Source: Octopus vulgaris
Taxonomy: Eukaryota
Length of the DNA: 64,000 bases
Direction of reading: 5' to 3'
NCBI GenBank assembly: GCA_951406725.2
Contig: OX597820.1
Location: 42,346,001 to 42,410,000, forward strand
Notes under the pieces: generated by a model
Told to the model about the DNA's origin: nothing
The model's input: only the letters and a program-made list of their open reading frames with translations
Databases searched by the model: none
Shown: one piece after another, positions 41,098-53,435 of the stretch
How the letters are laid out: every line of letters begins with the position of its first letter
Numbering within the stretch: the first letter of the stretch is position 1
Position numbers and translations under genes: made by a program

Positions 41098-41348
41098 CAT
41101 ATATATACATACAAAGAATATGAGGGGTTTAGTGCACTGGTGATCTAAATGAATAGGTACGATGAGTAAGTGCTATAATTGGTGATACCTTAAATTCCAA
41201 GTTCACAGCTGAAGCTGGGGGTAGAGATCCCTATTAGGCTTTCGAATTAGCAAGTATGTATTATACTAGAGAAAAAGACAACAAAAATCAAGGCAGGACA
41301 ATTATCTCAAGTCATTTAGAATGTTTAATTAGAGAAAGATGAATTTGA

Positions 41349-41414
41349 AGTCTTACATCTGTTTCCGAGATATCCTAGCATGTTCGTACATTAGGTATTC
41401 CATCGTCAGAGGCC
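41349..41414 (-). ncRNA. Degenerate minimal type I hammerhead ribozyme (Penelope pLTR/retrozyme type)
   Basis: GGCCU-CUGACGA-stem II (UGGAAUACCUAAUGU..ACAUGCUAGGAUAUCUCG)-GAAAC-AGAU-GUA-AGACU; core boxes intact, stems mismatched. Confidence 0.7.
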
Positions 41415-41573
41415 AGGTGAGTATGTGTGAAGATCAAGACAAGGAAATTCAGTTTATAAGTAATAAAATTGTAGACAGAAGAATAAAGAGTAAAACAGTT
41501 GATGGAAAATACAGAGAGGAGAGTAATGTTCTTACCTCAACTTATTCCAAAGGGTATGGAGGTTAGTCGGTAC

Positions 41574-41631
<58 letters not shown>

Positions 41632-43079
41632 ATTATAAATTTTATTGCAATAGAATAGTATTATTTTTCAGCTTGTATATTTATATATATTACTGCACCT
41701 TGCACTCAATGATATTTAAGCAACTGTCAGTTGTTGGTGGTTACAATGATTTCATCAACATTAGAGAGAATCGTGCCCACAATTGGCTCTTCACTATATC
41801 AATGACACTAGGTTAACTGCGGATTATTTTCGTCCTCCCTTCTCTACAGTTTTTTTTCTTTTTTGGCACCTTACATTCAATGCCTACGGCAATCCATGTG
41901 TAGCATTTATAATCCATTATATTCTTTTACTAATTCCTGAGGATTTCTCATTTCTCTCACAGTTAGTGTTTTCTTTCTGCACACGTTTGTTACAACCGGG
42001 GTCTTTCGCTACATTTCATACATTAGTTATTCAGTGCTTCCTAAGTATAATCCTAGTCAGGTATGACTGAATATACCAACAAGCCCATTACATGAAACAC
42101 TACAGCAAACACGACACACTGCGTCCTTAACGTGTCGACAGATTCCTTGCTGCCTTTAAAGTCAAACCATTTCTTTAATGTTGCCGCTTTGTCTTGCTTT
42201 GTCTTGCAAAAGACAATTCATGAATCACGACCTCTTGTTGAGTCATTCTGCAAGATAAGGCCAGGAGTCTCCTTTGTTATTGCAATATATTTCTGAAAAC
42301 AAAGCTTTCTTTACATATCCGTACAGCGTCAAGTTAATGGAATATATAGGATTATGGATATCAGCTTTCTCCTTTTCTCACCTTTCTTGAGGAAAGTCAA
42401 GTACAACTTGATGCTAATTTCCATTAAATTTTTATTGCTTGACTAATGTTTTAATGCAACTATAAATTTGTACTAGATTTGTCCACGCTACCATGCATAG
42501 TCAGTATTGGTTTACTTGTATGCTACTCTCACGAGTACCACCGACGCATAGGTCCTACGAGTACCACCGACGCATAGATCCTTATGCCAGTCTAATATTG
42601 GCTGTAGAAGGAAACGTACCACACATTTCACTGATATATAATCACCCATATAAATATAGTAGGATTATGATGCAAAGCAGACACAAACTAATAATGCATG
42701 CTGCCAGACAAGTGAATCACGTGACTGGAAACGCTTAGAAATATGAAGAAGTGAAACCATAGCGGAAACATTCGAAAATGAAAATAGACCATTGGAAAAA
42801 ACAAAAGGCAATTTAACACTTTATTTAAGAAGAAACAAAGTAAGTAATAAGAGAAGCTGGAGAAAATAAAGGTGTGCCATACTGAAATCAGTACGACTGC
42901 CTACATGGCAGGCCAAGTGTAAAATAGAAGTAGAGAAGTGAGACAGAAGAACGTGAGTTGGAGAGAGTGATAAAGGACAGGAGAAAAGAGAGCGAGAAAA
43001 AGAGAATGAGAATGAGATGGAGAAGGATGTAGGCATGAAAGTGCGGAAGTAAGAGGTGAGAAGTGAGATGAATGGAATC

Positions 43080-43497
43080 AGAAGAGAACAATAGAGGTTG
43101 AGATGTTGCAAGGATTGATGCTGAGACGCTTCGCATAATTATGAGTTTCCATAGTTCGGATTTTGTATGCAGCCACCGACAATACTCAGAAACTGGGATT
43201 TGTCCTGCGACTTGTATGATTCAGGAGCGTCAGCTCAGAGTGTTTAACCGTGTTGCTCAATTTTCCGAGTTAAATCCTGTATATAGTATTCACTTTCTGA
43301 GAAGCCAGCTGGGATGACGGTCATAGTCGGTCCGGTAGATTGCACATGGTCACGGCGAATAATGAAGTATCTTGCAGAAACGAGGTGTCACCGGGACTCC
43401 ATTCGGAGGGTTTCTTGGGACAATCTGAGAAATCGTTGAGAATTTGTATATGCAGCGAGCTCTGCAACTGCTCATGACCCCATACATAACCTGGCCT
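43080..43497 (+). mobile_element. Decayed RTE-type LINE 3' end
   Basis: LRIIMSFHSSDFVCS...TCMIQERQLRVFNRVAQF..NPV, matching RTE LRRI.G..W.DFVSN...IRERQLR.FGHVAR. Confidence 0.7.
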
Positions 43498-44056
43498 GTA
43501 TAGCGAGATGCATAGCAGTCATGCTTGCACTATTTGAATATATTTGATAATATAACTTGTATCTTTAAGTTCTATATTCGAAAAAACCCACATGTATGCT
43601 AAATTAGACACACATATATACTAAATATTATATACCTACTACGAAGTGTACAGAGTTAGATTATACCGCCAAAATATATGTAATTAGTGTGTATGAGTTT
43701 GTATATATATGCATACACATTTGGCAAAAAATGCATGTGAAGATAAGTACGTTTTCATAGTGATGTATGCGTACACACGGGGGTGCGCGAGCGCGCATGT
43801 GTACGTATGAACAGGTACGCTTACGTGTTTACTATGAATTTTTAACCTTATCTTAATTAGCGGTCATTCGAATTAGCGCTTTTGCATAAGTAGCGGTCTA
43901 TAACACAGTAATTTCCCTTCATATAACGGTCTTTTTTCATAGCGTTTTTCAGATGGCCAGATAACCGAAGAGATGGCGGTGTGGATTTCCACCTCGGCAT
44001 CCGAAACTCAGAGTTTTATCTTGGCTACCGAATAATTGTCACATATTACTTTACAG

Positions 44057-44088
<32 letters not shown>

Positions 44089-44432
44089 ATTCATATACAC
44101 CCCCACATATACTGCCCATTCCTATTTCCCTCCAACCACATAACCGATTTCTTGTCCTCCACGCAATCGATTTCCTGTTGATCGCGCACTCGATTTCCGT
44201 GCACCACGCGGTCGCTTTCCTGTTCACCATGTGGTATTTGTTTGACTAACTGTTGTTGCTAAAATACCAACATGAAACCGCTGTAATGCGTGACCTTTCT
44301 CATCCAATCGCAGATTAACGTCCAGTAGTAAACATTCATTCTCTTCAATCGAATTATCATTCAGAATCCAATTGCCAAACACTAGCCGCAGGCTTGAAAC
44401 TCTGAGTACCAAGGAATCTGAATCAAACTGTT

Positions 44433-44617
<185 letters not shown>

Positions 44618-44961
44618 CATATATATATGTTTATACAGAGAGAGAGAGAGAGAGAGGTATATATACATGTTTGTCCGGATGAATTCATATCTAATATATC
44701 AGTACATATAAATAATCGTATGAAATGTTATTCTTTACTCTTTTATTGAGCTCTCTTGCTAATCGCTCTTTCCAGTATGAATAAGAAATATTTTCCCATA
44801 TAATGTTACACAAACAGATACAAACACAGAGGCACGCGTACGCACACACAGGCACGCATGCACATAAACAGACACACACATATGTGTCTGTAGTTGTATA
44901 TATATGCATGTATATGTGTGCTTGTATATATATACATACATGCATCAATACATACACACAC

Positions 44962-45058
<97 letters not shown>

Positions 45059-45989
45059 TATATATATATTGTATTTATATATGTATGTGAGTGAAGGTCT
45101 TTTTGTCTGCAAGCGTATGAATGTACATTAATGTTTACTTATATTTATATACATTTATACACATATTCACAGATACAAACACACACCCATATACATTTAT
45201 TATTACGTTTTACTATCGGATATTTAAATCGGTTTAATCATTTTTCTCTTTAATTAGTCCAGTTGCTATGGTGATAACCACAAAACAGTTATCTTTCAGA
45301 CCTTTTGGTTTGAAATTCAATTTTCTTTTATAGCATTTTGTTTTTGCAATATTCTTATATTTCTTCGTTTATTTTTTTTTTCTCGAAATTTATTAATATT
45401 TTTATTAGTTATTATTTCTGATTAATTTTAATATTTTATTATTATCCTCCGTTTGATTTCTCTGTTTTTTTCCCCAAAATCTTTATCGTGCTTTCACTGT
45501 CATATTTAGTTTTCTATATTTTCTACATTTTTATCTGCTATATCTTTTCCTGTGTTTATTATTAACTTTGTTGTTTGACTTTTCCATCTCGTCACATGCT
45601 TTCTCATTTCTATGTCTCTATAAATCTACCCACTTGCCTACCTTTCAATATTTCGCTTCTTATTTTCTTTCCAGTTTTTACATTCATTCTTTTCTTTTAT
45701 ATTCATTTTTGTTTTTAATAATTCTGTTTCATTTCATATTTTCATTTAATTTTTAACATCTTTCGCCATGTCATAAAATATCTTCTCTTTACCAATATTT
45801 TGATTTATTTTATATCTCAAACCAGGATAAGTTCAAATCAAGCTGCAGTCGATTTTAATTGTCGTTCACCTAAGTGTTCATTAAAAATTGTTACAGCCGC
45901 GTGCTAGAATCAGATTCCTCGGATTCGCACTCCCACATACATTTGTGGCCTTGTGCTTATATTAGGAATCAATCATCAATAATCAGGGG

Positions 45990-46200
45990 AAGGTGACTTC
46001 AGTTTCTGCCGAAGACGACATTATCTGCTATCTTCCTAGATTCACTGAGAGAAGAGTATGCTGGGGTGGATTCCCGGCAGCAGACCTCTTAATGAAGTTA
46101 GTGGTATTTTGGCAACGTAATATATCAATATTTCAAGATAGGATAGCAATGATCGAGTATAATACCTTACGGTATTCAATTATGTCCCTTTATATGCTAA
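45990..46200 (+). pseudogene. Possible decayed TIR fragment
   Basis: VSAEDDIICYLPRFTERRVC, then shifted WIPGSRPLNEVSGI (46067), resembling TIR S..D....LP.LE...VC...DWIPG. Confidence 0.35.
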
Positions 46201-46379
46201 ATTCAAATTAATTGATTAATTTTGCACTTTAATATGACAAATGCTACTCATGAACATAGGAGGGTTGGAATTATTATTCTCATTTACGAATCTATTTTCT
46301 TGCGCTGAAATTAGAATTTCATATTTGACACTGTGGAATGATGAAAGTAGTAGGTTATTGAATCATATATATATATATA

Positions 46380-46951
46380 TATTGTTATATTTCGGAATGG
46401 TCATTTTACTAGTTTAGCCAATAAATACACACGCACTATATATTTGGTGTTACTTTGCTTTAGTGTTATGTATTTTTTACATTAATCTTAATCTTATTTC
46501 GGCCAGAGTTCTTTCGTCACACTCCTGTGACCGCATCAGTGGTCCTTTGTTTTCTTCTCACTTATTTGTGTCTCTCCTTACTAACCGTCAGCCATTTTGT
46601 ATTTCTATTGTATGTCTTCATTTGCGCATGCTTATATCTCTATGTGCGTTTATGTTTATTTAGTGTGTGTATGTGGGGGATGCCTGTAATATTTGTATCT
46701 TCTGTTTATATATGTTCATGTAATTTGTAATTTTATATTTTCATGTAATTTGTATTTTGTATTTTGTATTTTGTTTTTTTGGTTTTTGTTTTTGTTTTTG
46801 TTTATTCTTATTTTGTTCATGTGTTTACATCCACCCATTATTATCATTACATATGCTTGTATGTATGTATGTATGTATGTATGTATGTATGTATAACAAC
46901 AATACTAGTAATAATAATAATAAATTGAATCGAAAAAAAAGGAAAAAAAGG

Positions 46952-47001
<50 letters not shown>

Positions 47002-47482
47002 CACATACACATGCATATATATATACATAGTTATTTATTTATTTATCTATGTATTTATTATGTTTTCAGGATCCTCTATCGTCATATGTTGTGGTGTGTG
47101 TTAGTGCTCCATTCTAGTTTTCTATTCAGGCTAGGTTTATTTTCTATTATGTGTGTAGCTTCTGTAATTTGTCTAATTGTTGCATCTGATCTATGTGTGG
47201 ATAATATTTTAATTTCTATGTTATTGATTGATCCCCCGTGTTCTTGTTCGGCGTGTTGGTACAGAATCGATGAGCTTTTACCTTCCTTGAGTTGTCTCCA
47301 ATGCCCATTTACCCGCTCTCCTATGCTTCTTACCGTTTCCCCTACGTATGTAGTTGTCTTGTTACTGCATCGTCCCTCTATACATCTTATACTATAGACT
47401 ACATGTATGGCTTTACAGTTTGTTTGTGGGCTAAATCTACATACAGTATAGTACCTATCTGTACAGGGGGTTCTACTAAAAG

Positions 47483-47486
<4 letters not shown>
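46380..47486 (-). mobile_element. Penelope-like element 3' fragment: open GIY-YIG endonuclease frame (47480-47082), 3' UTR and hammerhead, flanked by (TA)n
   Basis: Stop-free frame PCTDRYYTVC...NCKAIHVVYSIRCIEGRC..TTYVGETVRSIGERVNGH...RQITEATHIIENKPSLNRKLEW...*; absent from the ORF track (no start codon). Confidence 0.92.
46501..46545 (-). ncRNA. Variant minimal type I hammerhead ribozyme downstream of a Penelope endonuclease
   Basis: GGACCA-CUGAUGCG-GUCAC(AGGAGU)GUGAC-GAAA-GAAC-UC-UGGCC; core differs from CUGANGA. Confidence 0.65.
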
Positions 47487-47572
<86 letters not shown>

Positions 47573-47579
47573 GTGTGTG

Positions 47580-47633
<54 letters not shown>

Positions 47634-47757
47634 GATACATGTATATATATATATATATATATCGTAAAATATAATTTCCTGCTAAATGTGGAGGTCCTAT
47701 AGAGAACGAAAAATACTATATGATTTTTCCAGTCGGTGATTTCGAAAAGGGAGAAAT

Positions 47758-48128
47758 AAGCAATATTAAATCTCTGAGCGAGAAGTAAACAGTAGCAGTA
47801 CGGAATCGTAAAATATAATTGCCAACTAAATGTGGCGGTACTGTATAGAGGACGATGTTATTGTTGCTTTTAGCTCGTGATTATCACACACTAATGACGG
47901 GTCTGTGTGTATCACGTAAAGCTAGAGTTGGGAACGATAATTTCCCCCTGCAGACATTAATCGGACACAGACAGGGTGTCATTAGACAGCTGGAGATGTC
48001 CTCTTGGTGCTTAAAACAACAGTAGCATCGTCCTCTTTGGGACCGCCTCATTTAGTTGGCAAATATATTTTAAGATCCCGTACTGCTACTGTTTACTTCT
48101 CTCTTAGAGATTTAATAACTATTGCTAT
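47758..48128. mobile_element. Foldback/MITE with long TIRs, plus a partial extra arm at 47661-47710
   Basis: attaaatctctgagcgagaagtaaacagtagcagtacgg...gccaactaaatg..gaggacgatg vs catcgtcctc..catttagttggc...ccgtactgctactgtttacttctctcttagagatttaat. Confidence 0.9.
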
Positions 48129-48131
48129 ATA

Positions 48132-48174
<43 letters not shown>

Positions 48175-48566
48175 ATATGTATGTATATATGTTACAATGT
48201 TTAGTTACGTTAGTCTTGGTTCAGTGTCCAAATCTATACAGCTCCCAAACTAACTAGGACGCTTCTTCGTTTCTACCTGATATATCGAAAGGTAAATAAA
48301 TAAATATAAAAAAATTCAAATCGCTCTCAAATCTTACGCTACATTTTGCAAAGAATAAGAGATATAAGTTACCATAATGATTTAATCTGGTTTACTCTAT
48401 TACTTGAAAAAGTTTTGGAGGTTAACGGCTTGACGGTTCCCTTCAGTCGGATCAGCCCAAACGCAACATTAACAGCAAAAAGAGTGTTCATATTTTATTA
48501 ATTCTAACAAAATCAATACATAATATTGAGAAATATTATATTTGCAGAGAATATAATATTACTTAC

Positions 48567-48899
48567 ATTGTTCAATGAATGTTGGTCTCTCCTTAAATGA
48601 TATGTTCATTTGGAGAGTTGACGCTTTATCAAAATACTACATGCAGACATTCAGTCGGTTTCATCTGGTCGTAAAAATCATCATGGTGTATTTGCAACAA
48701 CACTGAATATTTCCATTTTACATCTAACAGTATTAAAAGAATAGTTCCAGTGCTAACAGCAACAAGCCCGAGTACGAAAGTACTCCTAACAGATAAGAAA
48801 CTGTCTTTAAAACATGCATAGGAATAGAATTCCATTCCGCCGTAATTTACATGTACAATATCATCCGATGATTTACAAATACGCAGCTCACGTGAGTAT
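48567..48899 (-). pseudogene. Exon-like segment encoding a Cys-flanked region, TM helix and juxtamembrane part (TLR-like), ending in tandem stops
   Basis: Bounded by tttcactcAG and GTAAGT; YSRELRICKSSDD...YACFKD..STFVLGLVAVSTGTILLILLDVKWKYSVLLQIH...ECLHVVF**. Confidence 0.35.
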
Positions 48900-49743
48900 C
48901 TGAGTGAAACTCTAACAACGTTTTGCTTAAGGTTGGTAGAAAATTTAATTGTGGCAAAATTTTAACAAGAAAATGTGAGATATTTTACACTAATATAGGA
49001 AAACCACAAACACACACACACACGCACATATATACCAACAAAGCATAATCATACTAAAATCTTTGCACACGTATACAAATACACAAAAGCTCGCGGATAA
49101 ATATATACGCACACCTGTATATATTTCTGAGCACGCATGAATGCTTTAAATAAATGACTCGACAAAGAATGAACACAAGCACTAGACGTTATAAAGAAAA
49201 AAGAAGTATACCTACGAAGATAAGTGAATTTTGATGTTTTTATTAAAAAGTAAACGTCGCGGCAAAATGCGTAAAATAAAATTAAAAGGAAATAAATGAA
49301 CTGAAAGTAAAACAAAACCAGATGGAAAGTCTAAATTAAAATACACACAAATGAAAATAATTAGGTAAAAACCTTTAAGCATTGAAAGAAGATAGGTTCT
49401 TAATGAGCTTAACACAGCGCCAATAGGGCTTCGATACCAATAATCGTATTTAGCGGATAATTTCCGTTCATGTAGGTGCTGATCATTCCAGAAGGCCCTA
49501 CTCTGGCAAATCGATTTTGGTTCTTGAAAGAGAAGGAATTTTTGGAGAGATATTTTTTTCCTGCTAACAGAATATCGAGCCAATACTGAAACATTATTCT
49601 CCTGTACTGTATTATATCATCTTGCACAAACAGGTAGAATCTGGAAGTTTATGATTATATACAAATGCAATTAAGCTCAAGTATTCTTACGCTTACACAC
49701 ATTGAAACACGTAAACATAATGAATAGAGGAAAATATATATAC

Positions 49744-49774
<31 letters not shown>

Positions 49775-49909
49775 TAAGTATACATACATATACATATATA
49801 TATAAACACCCACACATATATGTGTATGTATATATATGTGAGTATATGTGCTCTCTTCTATTTTTAATTTTTTGAATTTCTATAACGAAGGAGCTCGTTA
49901 GTTACAAAC

Positions 49910-50440
49910 ATACAAAGCTTAGGATTAGAGACAAACACTTACCTTCGCTCATCAAGTTTTTCAAGTACCACTTGAAAAGGAAGGTGAGAATGGAGAGGCA
50001 GGTTTTGTCTCGCGAAAGTTTAAAAAAAAAGGTGGGTGAATGTAGCAAAGATGGTGCGTGCGAGTGACGAAACCACTGTGAACATGATTCTATAAATCGT
50101 AAAAGAGAGAGAGAGAGCACTTTGTTCTCATGTGTTTATTTCCTCCCTGACTAAGTTACCGTGGTCTTTTCTGTAGGCTTTTCTTCCCACGGATGAACCT
50201 AATCTTGCTTCTTAGTGCTAAAAAATTTGTTTCTGTGATACACGATCGCTTTTTGTTCCTTTTTTCTTTTTTTTTTTTCCTTTTTTTCCCCTTGATTTTG
50301 TTCGATCCCTTTTGAATAGGAATTTTACATTTGTTTCCTTTTTTTGTTTTCTGTTTTCTTTTCCCATCTTTGAAAAGAAATGCTCTACATTTGTATTTGT
50401 CCCCTCTGTATTTCAGCCCTGTGTGGCCAATAAAGAAAGT
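49910..50440 (+). mobile_element. Tx1/L1-type LINE 3' end
   Basis: IKFFKYHLKRKVRMERQVLSRE..KRWVNVAKM..* matches HLKRKIRLE at about 63880; T-rich 3' UTR ending in AATAAA. Confidence 0.75.
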
Positions 50441-50861
50441 CATCTTTGGAACGTAGCAGGCAAAAAGAATGGTCTCATGTAGAACTTCAGAAATTTCTAA
50501 AATGTTTCTATCTGCTTACAGATTGTGTTTGCAATGCACGTATTAACTGGCTGGTTATATTTTCTCAGACCGCTAGCATACCCGATGGCTACTTTGGTAT
50601 GTTGAAATAAAACCAGGTTAACAAATTATCATACGAAGAAATATGAAGTTATTATCTAAGTATAGAAGCTGAATGTTTCACAAGTTTTCGTAGTTACATT
50701 TTTCTGATGTTTGAAGAGACATTCAAATCGACAGGGCAGCTGTTATGTCTGCATTTGGTAGATGTTCTGATGAGAATGTTTCACCTTCATTTGTTGATTT
50801 TTGTGGTTATGTATGTATTCATTAAATGAGGGATTCTCTATTTTGAAGAATGGGACATGCT

Positions 50862-50943
<82 letters not shown>

Positions 50944-51302
50944 CATATAACAGATAGTTTGTAAAATATGTGACTAACAAGCATATTTTTCTTTCTATAT
51001 CATTAAATTTAGCGGTTATGGTGCAGAAAAATCCAATAAATTAATATCATATGGATAACTGCAAAATATGATTTATGATGATACAGGGAGACAGAAATGG
51101 AAAAATTAGTCGAGTTTAAACAGACAAAGGTTCATAGTGTATGATAAATGAAAGAAATATTAGACTTCTAGAATGTTGTGTGTACAAAAACTTTAACACT
51201 GTAATTACTTATGGTTCAAGTAATCGATACAGAAGATCGACATCGGCCGGCGTAACATAAATCAGCAACAAATTACATCAAATATGCAACAGACTTAAAT
51301 AT

Positions 51303-51672
51303 AGGCGTAGGAGTGGCTGTGTGGTAAGTAGCTTGCTTACGAACCACATGGTTCCGGTTTCAATCCCACTGCGTGGCACCTTCGTCAAGTGTCTTCTACT
51401 ATAGCCTCGGGCCGACAAAAGCCTTGTGAGTGGATTTGGTAGACGGAAACTGAAAGAATCCCGTCGTACGGTTGTGTGTCCGTGTTTTTCCCCCAACATC
51501 GCTTGACAACCGACGCTGGTGTGTTTACCTCCCCGTAACTTAGCAGTTCGGCAAAAGAGACCGATAGAATAAGTACTGGGCTTACAAAGAATAAGTCCTG
51601 GGGTCAATTTGCTCGACCAAGGCGGTGCACCAGCATGGCCATAGTCAAATGACTGAAACAAGTAAAAGAGTA
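51303..51672 (+). mobile_element. SINE family A, full length
   Basis: Head GGCGTAGGAGTGGCTGTGTGGTAAG (A box), GGTTTCAATCCC (B box); tail ..CAGCATGGCC..GACTGAAACAAGTAAAAGAG. Confidence 0.95.
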
Positions 51673-52559
51673 TGTTAGCTTGACTACAATTAAATTTTAG
51701 GCGATGCCATTATTAGAAATCACAGTCATTTAGTTATGATGACACAGTAGCAAAAATGGAGATATTCAAAACAAAACTAAAAGATTTAAGAGGAAAAAGT
51801 AAATGTTTTCTTTGTGGCTCAGCGAGTTTCCCTCCATGTCAATGATAAATATCCATAAGTAAAAAATATTGTACAATTATATTATTCCGATAAAATATAA
51901 ACGGTGATGATGATGATATTGACGAAATAGATGCATCTATATATCTATTTATCTATTTCTTTTCCCTTTCTATATTTATGTATCTTTACAAACATACCTA
52001 CGCACACATTGAGTTTATGTTTGTCTGTTTCTATGTATGTATGTATGTATGTATGTATGTATCTATGTATGTATGTATGTATGTATGCAGTCACGTACGT
52101 ATATATATGCATGCTGTTCGTGTATCATAAACAAGTATGGAAACAAAGACACCAGGTTAGCGACGGAGAAAATCATCAGAACTAAGCTGTAGTGTTAAGT
52201 AAATTTACTCCCGTATTATCTGGAAACGGATATATTTTCAACACACCAAGAACGTATACCATGTTGCTTTCACTATAACCTTATTGGCTTTGTTGTTTAA
52301 TAACGTGCCACCGGCTGCCTTCGATTGCTTAAATTAATATGTTAGTTATACTCCTTTTTTCTACCTGTTTAAGTATCTCCTACTGTGCTGACAACGACAT
52401 TTGCGACGGAAACACACGACAGGACCTGTCCTGTTATCACCGTATTTGAGACGGATTTCGAAAATCGCGGGTTCTTGACATTATCATATCATCTTTTCAT
52501 ATGGAGACGGTCCCAACTGCAACCAAACTATTCTTTTACTTAGCTCACCCCCGCCATCA

Positions 52560-52733
52560 AGTCAACGTTGACTGAACAGTTGCTCGGTGTACCACACATC
52601 GGGAGTCAAAAAACCCGCAGGGGAATCGTGAAATGAAAAGTTCTTCTCAAGAACACAACTCACCACCAGGCACAGTAATTGAAACCATGACCTCGCGATT
52701 CTGAGTGTAACAGCCGAACCACTAGGCCATGCG

Positions 52734-52735
<2 letters not shown>
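52560..52735 (-). mobile_element. tRNA-derived SINE fragment (family D-like)
   Basis: Minus head GCGCATGGCCTAGTGGTT...GGTTTCAATTAC followed by GTGTTCTTGAGAAGAAC. Confidence 0.65.
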
Positions 52736-52771
<36 letters not shown>

Positions 52772-53048
52772 CACACACACACACACATACATACATACAT
52801 ACATACATACATACATACATACATACATACATACATACATACAGGTGTCGATTTCCCATTTGATGAAGTCATGATTGGCGATGGAAGGACTGTGACGAAC
52901 AAGTAATTCAATGTTTAACAAAAATGATCGATTAGGTGTTTGGAAAAGTAACAAACTAATTGACTTACAATAAAGAAGTGAAACTTTGAGTGCGTGTGTT
53001 TATAATTCTTGACCAAATGATGATCCCAATATACACCAATATATACAT

Positions 53049-53435
53049 AGGCGTAGGCGGGCCTGTTTTGTAAGAAGTTGCCTTCCCAACTTTATGGTTT
53101 CAGCTTTAGTCTCACTGCTTGGCTCTCTACTATAGCCTCGAGGCGACCAAAGACTTCTAAGAGGAGTTGAAAGAAGGCCTGTTATGTGTGTGCCTGCGTG
53201 CGTGCGTGTGTGTGTATGCGTGTGTTAGTGTGTTCTCTCCCCGTTGCTTGACTAACGATGTTTTTTGTGTTTACATCTCCGTAACTTAGCGATTCGGCGA
53301 AAGGGATCGATAGAATGACTTCCAGGTCTAAAGAAAAATAAATAAATAAATAAATAAATCACTGGGGCGGGCAAATTCATTCAGCTAAATTTCTTTAATC
53401 CAGCATAACCGACTGAAAAAGTAGGCGATGAAAGA
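53049..53435 (+). mobile_element. SINE family A, older diverged copy
   Basis: ctactatagcctcg..gaccaaag...cgtaacttagcgattcggcgaa..gatagaat. Confidence 0.8.

Noticed and set aside
42531-42582. 26-bp tandem duplication as a regulatory repeat
   Set aside because: Only two copies beside a degraded LINE-like stretch; most simply a slippage or repair duplication.
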